This document shows, piece after piece, positions 25,595-32,000 of a stretch of DNA of 32,000 nt. Source of the stretch: Pseudomonas aeruginosa (GTDB lineage: Bacteria > Pseudomonadota > Gammaproteobacteria > Pseudomonadales > Pseudomonadaceae); NCBI RefSeq assembly GCF_001457615.1, contig NZ_LN831024.1, positions 2,040,001-2,072,000 on the forward strand, written 5' to 3'. The notes beneath the pieces were generated by a model. That model saw nothing but the letters and a program-made list of their open reading frames with translations. It made no database searches and was not told the DNA's origin. Every line of letters begins with the position of its first letter. The first letter of the stretch is position 1. The position numbers and the translations under genes were made by a program.

Positions 25595-26596
25595 TCAGGG
25601 CTGGGTTTGCAGACCCTCCAGCAGTGCCTGGTGGAAGCGTTCCGGAGCCTGTATCTGCGGGGTATGGCCAAGGTCGGGGAATTCCACCAGGGTCGCCTGG
25701 GGAATCCGTCGGGCGGCGTCCTTGCCCAGTTGCGCGTAGTTGCCCAGCCTGGCTTTCAGTTCCGCCGGCGCGGCGTCCTTGCCGATGGCGGTGTTGTCTT
25801 TCTCGCCGATCAGCAGCAGGGTCGGCATCTGCAACCGGTCCAGTTCGTAGACCACCGGCTGGGTGAAGATCATGTCGTAGGTCAGCGCCGAGTTCCAGGC
25901 CACCGACTCGCGCCCCTTGCCGCGATACATGCCGGCCTGCATCTGTACCCAGCGATCGAACTCGGGGCGCCATTCGCCGGCGTAGTAGGTGGCTTGCTGG
26001 TATTGGCGAATGCCTTCGGCGCTGGTCTGCAAGTCGCGCCTGTACCAGTCGTCGACGCTGCGCCAGGGCACGCCCAGGGCCTTCCAGTCCTCCAGACCGA
26101 TGGGGTTGACCAGCACCAGTCGTTCGACCTGCCGCGGATAGAGCAGGGCGTAGCGGGTAGCGAGCATGCCGCCCATGGAGTGGCCGATCACGCTGGCCCG
26201 GGCGACGCCGAGCCGTTCCAGCAGGGCGTGGGTGTTGGCTGCCAGTTGCTGGAAGCTGTACTGGTAATGGGCCGGCTTGCTCGACTTGCAGAAACCGACC
26301 TGGTCGACGGCGATCACCCGGTAGCCGGCGTCGGCGAGCACGTCGATGGTGCGCTCCCAGGTCCCGGCGCAGAAATTCTTGCCGTGCATGAGCAGGATGG
26401 TGCGGCCGTTGGCTTTCTTCGGCGCGACGTCGAGGTAGGCCATGCTCAGCGGCTGGCCCTGGGAGGTGAAGTCCAGATAATGCACCGGATAGGCGTAGTC
26501 GAAGCCTTCCAGGCGTTCGCCGTAGACCGGCGCCTGGCTGGCCAGCGCCGGCCCGCAGGCGAGGGCGAGACAGAGGCTGAGGCGGGGTAGGGACAT
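25595..26596 (-). CDS. Secreted alpha/beta-fold hydrolase (333 aa)
   Basis: ATG at 26596 (MSLPRLSLCLALACGPALA|SQ, a signal peptide) within the 595-aa track ORF, with an AGGAG RBS 7 nt upstream. It has the nucleophile elbow GHSMGG, the HGKNF oxyanion region, and a C-terminal DLGHTPQ catalytic histidine. Confidence 0.85.
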   Translation of the reverse strand: MSLPRLSLCLALACGPALASQAPVYGERLEGFDYAYPVHYLDFTSQGQPLSMAYLDVAPKKANGRTILLMHGKNFCAGTWERTIDVLADAGYRVIAVDQVGFCKSSKPAHYQYSFQQLAANTHALLERLGVARASVIGHSMGGMLATRYALLYPRQVERLVLVNPIGLEDWKALGVPWRSVDDWYRRDLQTSAEGIRQYQQATYYAGEWRPEFDRWVQMQAGMYRGKGRESVAWNSALTYDMIFTQPVVYELDRLQMPTLLLIGEKDNTAIGKDAAPAELKARLGNYAQLGKDAARRIPQATLVEFPDLGHTPQIQAPERFHQALLEGLQTQP

Positions 26597-26667
26597 GCGA
26601 TCGCTCCTGTGTGGGTCTGCTGGAGGATGCACGTCAGGGCGCGAGCTGGCCAGTCCTGGCCGGTTGC

Positions 26668-27549
26668 CTACAGTTGCTTCAGATACTTCACCACGTCTGC
26701 CGCGCCAGCCGCCCGCAGACCTTCGCCGAGGGCATCGGCGCGTTCGTCGTTGCGGGGCAGCAACAGGCACTCCGGGGTTTCCGGGGTGAACAGGGCGAGT
26801 CGCGCATAGGGCAGGCCGGTATCCAGCAGCAGGCTCATGAAGGTCGGCTCGGACCAGGCCTGGGTCGGAATCCGCAGCATGTGGTAGCGCTGTTCCAGTT
26901 CGTCCAGCGCGCCGGGCTCCAGTTCGTAGCGTTCCAGGTGTGCCGGCAGCTTCAGTTCCAGTTCGCGGCGGCGGGCGTAGACGATCGCCGCGGCGAAGGC
27001 GCAGGCCTGACGTTCGCCCGCCCAGAACAGGCGCTCGCCGTGCCAGGCGGCCTGGCGCAGGCGGATGCTGTCGCCGTTGGTGAAACGCGGCAGGGCCAGG
27101 CTCAGGGCCTTGACGAAATCCTTGTAGCTGATGATCCGTACGCCCCGGCAGACCTCGGCCGTGGCCAGGTCTTCCAGGCGTGGGCAAGGTGCCTGGACGA
27201 GGATCTCGCGGCTGCATACGCCTTCGATGGTCTTCAGGTCGACCGACTCCAGGGTGGAGTGGCTGACCCGCACCAGGCGCTTGAGGACCGCGTGGGCTTC
27301 CGCCTTGTCTTCCTGGACCGGGCCGGACAGCGCGCCGCGCGGCAGGTCGACCAGGGTGTGCAGGGGCGGTCCGGCCTGCCACCAGACGCTCGGCTCCGGC
27401 CGTCGCAATGGCTGGAACGGCAGCTCGAGGGCGGCCGCCCGTTCGCGCAGCTCCCGGCCATCGCTTCGCGCGGCACCCAGGCGCAGGCGGTTGGCGAGTG
27501 CGGAAAGGCGACCGGTGAAGGTGCTGTTGCTACGCGAGTTGGAACTCAT
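26668..27549 (-). CDS. Hypothetical protein (about 293 aa), family not recognised
   Basis: The track ORF 26668-27648 is 326 aa. I prefer the ATG at 27549 ([15 protein letters not shown]...), but the start is uncertain. The codon usage is GC3-rich like the neighbours. I recognise no motifs. Confidence 0.6.
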   Translation of the reverse strand: MSSNSRSNSTFTGRLSALANRLRLGAARSDGRELRERAAALELPFQPLRRPEPSVWWQAGPPLHTLVDLPRGALSGPVQEDKAEAHAVLKRLVRVSHSTLESVDLKTIEGVCSREILVQAPCPRLEDLATAEVCRGVRIISYKDFVKALSLALPRFTNGDSIRLRQAAWHGERLFWAGERQACAFAAAIVYARRRELELKLPAHLERYELEPGALDELEQRYHMLRIPTQAWSEPTFMSLLLDTGLPYARLALFTPETPECLLLPRNDERADALGEGLRAAGAADVVKYLKQL

Positions 27550-27701
27550 GATCGACGGAGGGCTCCTCGGGCTCGGCGACCGACGCGGAAAGGGGTGGGA
27601 GGGGACGGCGACGGTCCGTCCATTGAAGCACAGGTTCGGGCGTGACATTCAACCGCGTGGTTTGTGGCAAGCTGTCGTGGTTCATTCAAGCGGGGGGCTC
27701 C

Positions 27702-27923
27702 ATGCCCAGTCTCATCATGGATATCGCCCTGTCCGGCGAACGCCTGCAGGCCATCTACGGCGGCAGGGCCAATCGGGTCCTGCTGCGCAGCCGCGACGGT
27801 CGCCGGGTGAACCTGCCGGCCCATCACCTGCGTCCGTTCATCGGCCACGATGGCGTGCATGGCACGTTCCGCCTCGATTTCAGCGAGGATGGCCGCCTGC
27901 TGGCGCTGCAACGCCTCGCCTGA
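27702..27923 (+). CDS. DUF2835-like small protein (73 aa)
   Basis: ATG at 27702 within the track ORF 27642-27923. [72 protein letters not shown] matches my memory of the DUF2835 pattern (Y-x-G ... PA..LRPF...G..G.F.L). Confidence 0.6.
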   Translation: MPSLIMDIALSGERLQAIYGGRANRVLLRSRDGRRVNLPAHHLRPFIGHDGVHGTFRLDFSEDGRLLALQRLA

Positions 27924-27939
27924 GCGGGCGCTCGACGGC

Positions 27940-27945
27940 TATAAT
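27940..27945 (+). promoter_or_regulatory. Perfect TATAAT hexamer, a candidate pyrD -10 element
   Basis: ggcTATAATcgg lies 35 nt upstream of the pyrD ATG. There is no convincing -35 element 17 bp upstream, so this is tentative. Confidence 0.3.
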
Positions 27946-27979
27946 CGGCACCCTTCATTCTGCCGACCGATACCCGACC

Positions 27980-29008
27980 ATGTACACCCTGGCCCGCCAG
28001 CTGCTGTTCAAACTGTCCCCGGAAACCTCCCACGAACTGTCCATCGACCTGATCGGGGCCGGCGGCCGCCTGGGCCTGAACCGCCTGCTGACGCCCAAGC
28101 CGGCCAGTCTGCCGGTCTCTGTGCTGGGCCTGGAGTTTCCCAACCCGGTGGGGCTGGCCGCGGGCCTGGACAAGAACGGCGACGCCATCGACGGGTTCGG
28201 CCAGCTCGGTTTCGGCTTCATCGAGATCGGCACCGTCACTCCGCGACCGCAGCCGGGCAATCCCAGGCCGCGCCTGTTCCGCCTGCCGCAAGCCAACGCG
28301 ATCATCAATCGCATGGGTTTCAACAACCACGGCGTCGACCACCTGCTGGCGCGGGTGCGTGCAGCGAAGTATCGCGGCGTGCTGGGGATCAACATCGGCA
28401 AGAACTTCGATACCCCGGTGGAGCGCGCGGTCGACGACTACCTGATCTGCCTGGACAAGGTCTACGCCGACGCCAGCTACGTCACCGTCAACGTCAGCTC
28501 GCCGAACACGCCCGGCCTGCGCAGCCTGCAGTTCGGCGATTCGCTCAAGCAACTGCTGGAGGCACTGCGCCAGCGCCAGGAAGCGCTGGCGCTGCGGCAT
28601 GGCCGGCGGGTACCGCTGGCGATCAAGATCGCCCCGGACATGACCGACGAAGAGACCGCGCTGGTCGCCGCGGCGCTGGTCGAGGCGGGGATGGACGCGG
28701 TGATCGCGACCAATACCACTCTCGGCCGCGAAGGCGTGGAAGGCCTGCTGCATGGCGACGAGGCGGGTGGCCTGTCCGGCGCGCCGGTGCGGGAGAAGAG
28801 CACGCACACGGTGAAGGTGCTGGCCGGCGAGCTGGGCGGACGGCTGCCGATCATCGCCGCCGGCGGTATCACCGAGGGCGCGCACGCGGCGGAGAAGATC
28901 GCCGCCGGGGCGAGCCTGGTGCAGATCTATTCGGGTTTCATCTACAAGGGACCGGCGTTGATCCGCGAAGCGGTGGATGCCATCGCCGCTTTGCCGCGGC
29001 GGAATTGA
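27980..29008 (+). CDS. pyrD: Dihydroorotate dehydrogenase, class 2, quinone-dependent (342 aa)
   Basis: ATG at 27980 ([20 protein letters not shown]...) within the 625-aa track ORF. Conserved motifs are [58 protein letters not shown] and [11 protein letters not shown]. Confidence 0.96.
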   Translation: MYTLARQLLFKLSPETSHELSIDLIGAGGRLGLNRLLTPKPASLPVSVLGLEFPNPVGLAAGLDKNGDAIDGFGQLGFGFIEIGTVTPRPQPGNPRPRLFRLPQANAIINRMGFNNHGVDHLLARVRAAKYRGVLGINIGKNFDTPVERAVDDYLICLDKVYADASYVTVNVSSPNTPGLRSLQFGDSLKQLLEALRQRQEALALRHGRRVPLAIKIAPDMTDEETALVAAALVEAGMDAVIATNTTLGREGVEGLLHGDEAGGLSGAPVREKSTHTVKVLAGELGGRLPIIAAGGITEGAHAAEKIAAGASLVQIYSGFIYKGPALIREAVDAIAALPRRN

Positions 29009-29009
29009 A

Positions 29010-29031
29010 AAGGGCTCCTTGCGGAGCCCTT
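29010..29031. terminator. Hairpin between the convergent genes pyrD and rmf
   Basis: aagggctcc-ttgc-ggagccctt forms a 9-bp perfect stem. On the minus strand it is followed by TTTTCAATT, a good terminator for rmf. On the plus strand the tail (tgggctt) is weaker. Confidence 0.65.
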
Positions 29032-29095
29032 GGGCTTGCGCCCGCCGCCCGGATGGGGCGTGCCTTGGGGAAATCGGTGCTATCCGTGTTGTCGC

Positions 29096-29308
29096 TTACA
29101 CGTGCTGGAGTTGATTGAGACGTTGTAAGCCGGCCGTGCCAGTGAGGCCGTCCCAGTTGTCGCCACGGCCCTCGCGCCAGCCGTTGAGCCAGGACTGCCG
29201 CGTCGTAGGATGGGTGAACGGACAAAGATCACGAGATTTACCGGTTATGCCGTTCTGATAACCACGCAAGAAGGCTCTTTCCAACGGATCACGCTTAAGT
29301 CTTCTCAT
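29096..29308 (-). CDS. rmf: Ribosome modulation factor (70 aa)
   Basis: Track ORF of 70 aa. MRRLKRDPLERAFLRGYQNGITGKSRDLCPF...SWLNGWREGR aligns by eye with E. coli RMF (KRDRLERAHQRGYQAGIAGRSKEMCPY...QWLGGWREA). Confidence 0.93.
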   Translation of the reverse strand: MRRLKRDPLERAFLRGYQNGITGKSRDLCPFTHPTTRQSWLNGWREGRGDNWDGLTGTAGLQRLNQLQHV

Positions 29309-29768
29309 AGGGTGTTGCCCTCACTTGTTGACTGTTATGTCCCGTTGGCCCCCAGGGGAGGCCTGGCGAAGCTTTCGCCGAAAGGGGTCGTTGCCGGCGT
29401 GACGACCCTCGCCCGACACCGTTGCGGTGGCGGATTAACTGGAGTTCTAACCAAAGCGTTCAGGCGTGTGAATGACCGATTTGTCATAAAGACTTAACGC
29501 TTTCGTCGATAGGGCCATATGTTGCAGGCTCATGACGCCTGGTTTCCGGCGCTAACGCCGTAGGGTCGCGGGGTTGCGCCTTATAACGTTTTGCACCCCC
29601 ACCAATTGAGATTTCCTCGCATTCCGACGAAGGGTCGCCCAGACTGCGACTCGGGGTCGCAGCGAGCAACGCCGGGAGCGTTCCGGCAATCGAACCACGG
29701 CACCTGGTGCCAAAGAAGTGCCCATGAGGGTGCTTCCACTGACAAGGGCTACGGCCCGGGAAGGCGAT

Positions 29769-31946
29769 ATGGCTGATGTTTACGAATTGTTTCTGACCTG
29801 CCCGAAAGGCCTGGAAAGCCTGCTCCTCGAAGAGGCGCAGGGGCTCGGCCTGGACGAGGCGCGCGCCCAGGTGTCGGCGGTGCGCGGACAGGGTAGCCTG
29901 GAGGTGGCCTATCGCCTCTGCCTGTGGTCGCGCCTGGCCAACCGGGTCTTGCTGGTGCTGGCGCGATTCCCGGTGGAGAACGCCGAGTCCATGTACATGG
30001 CGGTCCACGCGGTGAACTGGGAAGACCACCTGGACGCCGGCGGCACGCTGGCGGTGGAGTTCAGCGGCAAGGGCTCGGGCATCGACAACACCCATTTCGG
30101 GGCGCTGAAGGTCAAGGATGCGATCGTCGACAACCTGCGCGAGCGCTCCGGCCGACGCCCGTCGGTGGACAAGGTCAATCCGGACGTGCGCGTCCACCTG
30201 CACCTCGACCGCGGCCAGGCGACCCTCTCCTTGGACCTCTCCGGGCATAGCCTGCACCAGCGCGGCTATCGTCTGCAGCAGGGCGCCGCGCCGCTGAAGG
30301 AGAACCTGGCGGCGGCGGTGTTGATCCGTGCCGGCTGGCCGAAGATCGCCGCCGAGGGCGGTGCCCTGGCCGACCCGATGTGCGGCGTCGGCACCTTCCT
30401 GGTCGAGGCGGCGCTGATGGCTGCCGATATCGCGCCGAACCTCAGGCGCGAGCGCTGGGGCTTCAGCAATTGGCTGGGTCACGTGCCGGCGCTGTGGCGC
30501 AAGCTCCACGAGGAAGCCCAGCAGCGCGCGGCGACCGGCCTGGCCAGGCCGCCGTTGTGGATTCGCGGCTACGAGGCCGACCCGCGCCTGATCCAGCCGG
30601 CGCGCAACAATATCGAGCGTGCCGGAGTGGCCGACTGGGTGAAGATCTACCAGGGCGAACTGGCGACTTTCGAGCCGCGCCCGGACAAGGGCCAGACCGG
30701 CCTGGTGATCTGCAACCCGCCCTATGGCGAGCGTCTCGGCGACGAAGCCAGCCTGCTGTATCTCTACCAGAACCTCGGCGAGCGCCTGCGCCAGAGCTGC
30801 ATCGGCTGGAGCGCCGGGGTGTTTACCGGGGCGCCGGAACTGGGCAAGCGCATGGGCATCCGCAGCCATAAGCAATACGCGTTCTGGAACGGCGCGCTGG
30901 CCTGCAAGCTGCTGATGATCCAGGTCGAGCCGCGCCAGTTCGTCACCGGCGAGCGTGGCGAACGCAACGACGAAGGCCTGGCACGGGCGCCGAGCGAGCC
31001 GGCACGGCTGAGCGAGGGGGGGCAGATGTTCGCCAATCGCCTGCAGAAGAACCTCCGGCAACTGGGCAAATGGGCGCGCCGCGACAAGATCGAGTGCTAT
31101 CGCCTGTATGACGCCGACATGCCGGAGTATGCCCTGGCGGTGGATATCTACGGCGATTGGGTTCACGTCCAGGAGTACGCCGCGCCCAAGTCGATCGATC
31201 CGGCAAAAGCCCAGGCGCGCCTGTTCGACGCCCTGGCGGCGATTCCGCAGACCCTGGGCGTTGCCCAGGAGCGAGTGGTGGTCAAGCGCCGCGAGCGCCA
31301 GGCCGGCAAGAAGCAGTACGAACGGCAGAGCAGCGAGGGCAAGTTCCTCGAGGTGGGTGAGGGCGATGTGCGCCTGCTGGTGAACCTGACCGATTACCTG
31401 GATACCGGGCTGTTCCTCGATCACCGGCCGATGCGCCTGCGCATCCAGAAGGAGGCGGCCGGCAAGCGCTTCCTCAACCTGTTCTGCTATACCGCCACGG
31501 CCACCGTACATGCGGCCAGGGGCGGCGCGCGCAGCACCACCAGCGTCGACCTGTCGAAGACCTACCTGGACTGGGCGCGCCGCAACCTGTCGCTCAACGG
31601 CTTTTCCGACAAGCAGCGCCTGGTGCACGGCGACGTGATGGAGTGGTTGCGGGAAGACGATGGCCAGTACGAACTGATCTTCATCGACCCGCCGACCTTC
31701 TCCAACTCCAAGCGCATGGAAGGCGTGTTCGACGTGCAGCGCGACCACGTCGAACTGCTCGACCTGGCCATGGCGCGGCTGGCGCCGGGCGGGGTGCTGT
31801 ATTTCTCCAACAACTTCCGCAAGTTCGAACTGGACGAGAGCGTGCAGGCCCGCTATGCGGTCGAAGAGATCACTGGCGAAACCCTCGATCCGGATTTCGC
31901 GCGTAATCCGAAGATCCATCGGGCCTGGAGAATCACCGTTCGCTGA
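29769..31946 (+). CDS. rlmL: Bifunctional 23S rRNA methyltransferase RlmKL (m2G2445/m7G2069) (725 aa)
   Basis: The track ORF 29718-31946 starts at GTG. I prefer the ATG at 29769 (MADVYELFLTCPKGLESLLLEE...), which aligns with the E. coli RlmL N-terminus and has GGAAGG 4 nt upstream. It has a THUMP-like N-terminal region, the NPPYGERL SAM-methyltransferase motif, and a second methyltransferase module with IFIDPPTFSNSK. Confidence 0.93.
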   Translation: MADVYELFLTCPKGLESLLLEEAQGLGLDEARAQVSAVRGQGSLEVAYRLCLWSRLANRVLLVLARFPVENAESMYMAVHAVNWEDHLDAGGTLAVEFSGKGSGIDNTHFGALKVKDAIVDNLRERSGRRPSVDKVNPDVRVHLHLDRGQATLSLDLSGHSLHQRGYRLQQGAAPLKENLAAAVLIRAGWPKIAAEGGALADPMCGVGTFLVEAALMAADIAPNLRRERWGFSNWLGHVPALWRKLHEEAQQRAATGLARPPLWIRGYEADPRLIQPARNNIERAGVADWVKIYQGELATFEPRPDKGQTGLVICNPPYGERLGDEASLLYLYQNLGERLRQSCIGWSAGVFTGAPELGKRMGIRSHKQYAFWNGALACKLLMIQVEPRQFVTGERGERNDEGLARAPSEPARLSEGGQMFANRLQKNLRQLGKWARRDKIECYRLYDADMPEYALAVDIYGDWVHVQEYAAPKSIDPAKAQARLFDALAAIPQTLGVAQERVVVKRRERQAGKKQYERQSSEGKFLEVGEGDVRLLVNLTDYLDTGLFLDHRPMRLRIQKEAAGKRFLNLFCYTATATVHAARGGARSTTSVDLSKTYLDWARRNLSLNGFSDKQRLVHGDVMEWLREDDGQYELIFIDPPTFSNSKRMEGVFDVQRDHVELLDLAMARLAPGGVLYFSNNFRKFELDESVQARYAVEEITGETLDPDFARNPKIHRAWRITVR

Positions 31947-31964
31947 GGCGAGCGGCATTCATGC

Positions 31965-32000
31965 AAAAGGCCGCCGGCGGGCAACCGCTGGCGGCCTTTT
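31965..32000 (+). terminator. Probable rlmL terminator hairpin, truncated by the window end
   Basis: aaaaggccgccggcgg-gcaa-ccgctggcggcctttt forms a 16-bp stem with one G-U pair and a GCAA tetraloop. The T-run begins at 31997 and the window ends at 32000. Confidence 0.6.

Noticed and set aside
25428-27382. Upstream extensions of the carboxypeptidase (to 25973) and hydrolase (to 27382) track ORFs.
   Set aside because: Signal peptides with good RBSs occur at 25427 and 26596. The extensions are Arg/Pro/Gly-rich and overlap the upstream genes.
27131-27979. 283-codon extension upstream of pyrD (track ORF of 625 aa).
   Set aside because: PyrD homology starts at [10 protein letters not shown] (27980). 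The extension overlaps the minus-strand hypothetical gene and the DUF2835 gene in other frames.
29718-29768. GTG start at 29718 (or ATG at 29724) for rlmL.
   Set aside because: The N-terminal alignment to E. coli RlmL begins at MADVYELF (29769), which has its own GGAAGG RBS. The extra 17 residues have no counterpart.
29210-29776. Small plus-strand ORFs in and around the rmf-rlmL spacer (29210-29497, 95 aa; 29591-29776, 61 aa).
   Set aside because: The first is antisense to rmf and runs into the spacer. The second overlaps the rlmL start out of frame. Neither has an RBS, a codon-bias signal or a recognisable motif.
29484-31958. 824-aa minus-strand ORF opposite rlmL.
   Set aside because: It is the same codon-aligned antisense phase artefact. 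The sense strand carries clear methyltransferase motifs (NPPYGERL, DPPTFSNSK), while the antisense product has no recognisable features.

Overview
This window reads as a Pseudomonas aeruginosa-type chromosomal segment. It is very GC-rich with strongly GC3-biased coding, so the six-frame track is full of long spurious shadow ORFs. Content from left to right: (1) the 5' part of a minus-strand Bat/MoxR-type operon (MoxR AAA+ ATPase, DUF58, DUF4381, and a partial VWA/BatA-like gene running off the window); (2) a divergent lipoprotein-like gene; (3) the 1620-aa NAD-specific glutamate dehydrogenase gene gdhB with a clean terminator; (4) a short control region with AT-rich arms and two FleQ-type boxes; (5) the complete seven-gene Pel exopolysaccharide operon pelABCDEFG (9824-22019); (6) a small accessory-looking module, in which a Xis-like gene lies divergent from two tandem paralogous XRE-type HTH genes across a 35-bp near-perfect palindrome; (7) REP-like hairpins; (8) a minus-strand trio (hypothetical protein, secreted alpha/beta hydrolase, secreted M14 carboxypeptidase); (9) a DUF2835 mini-gene; (10) pyrD, rmf and rlmL. 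From memory this order matches the PAO1 PA3073 to PA3048 region, which I cannot verify here. I saw no tRNA, rRNA, CRISPR array, transposase or integrase. Nothing convinces me that a wholly new system is present. The least explained pieces are the Xis-like/twin-HTH module (22.06-23.41 kb) and the repeated AT-rich motifs in the gdhB-pelA spacer.
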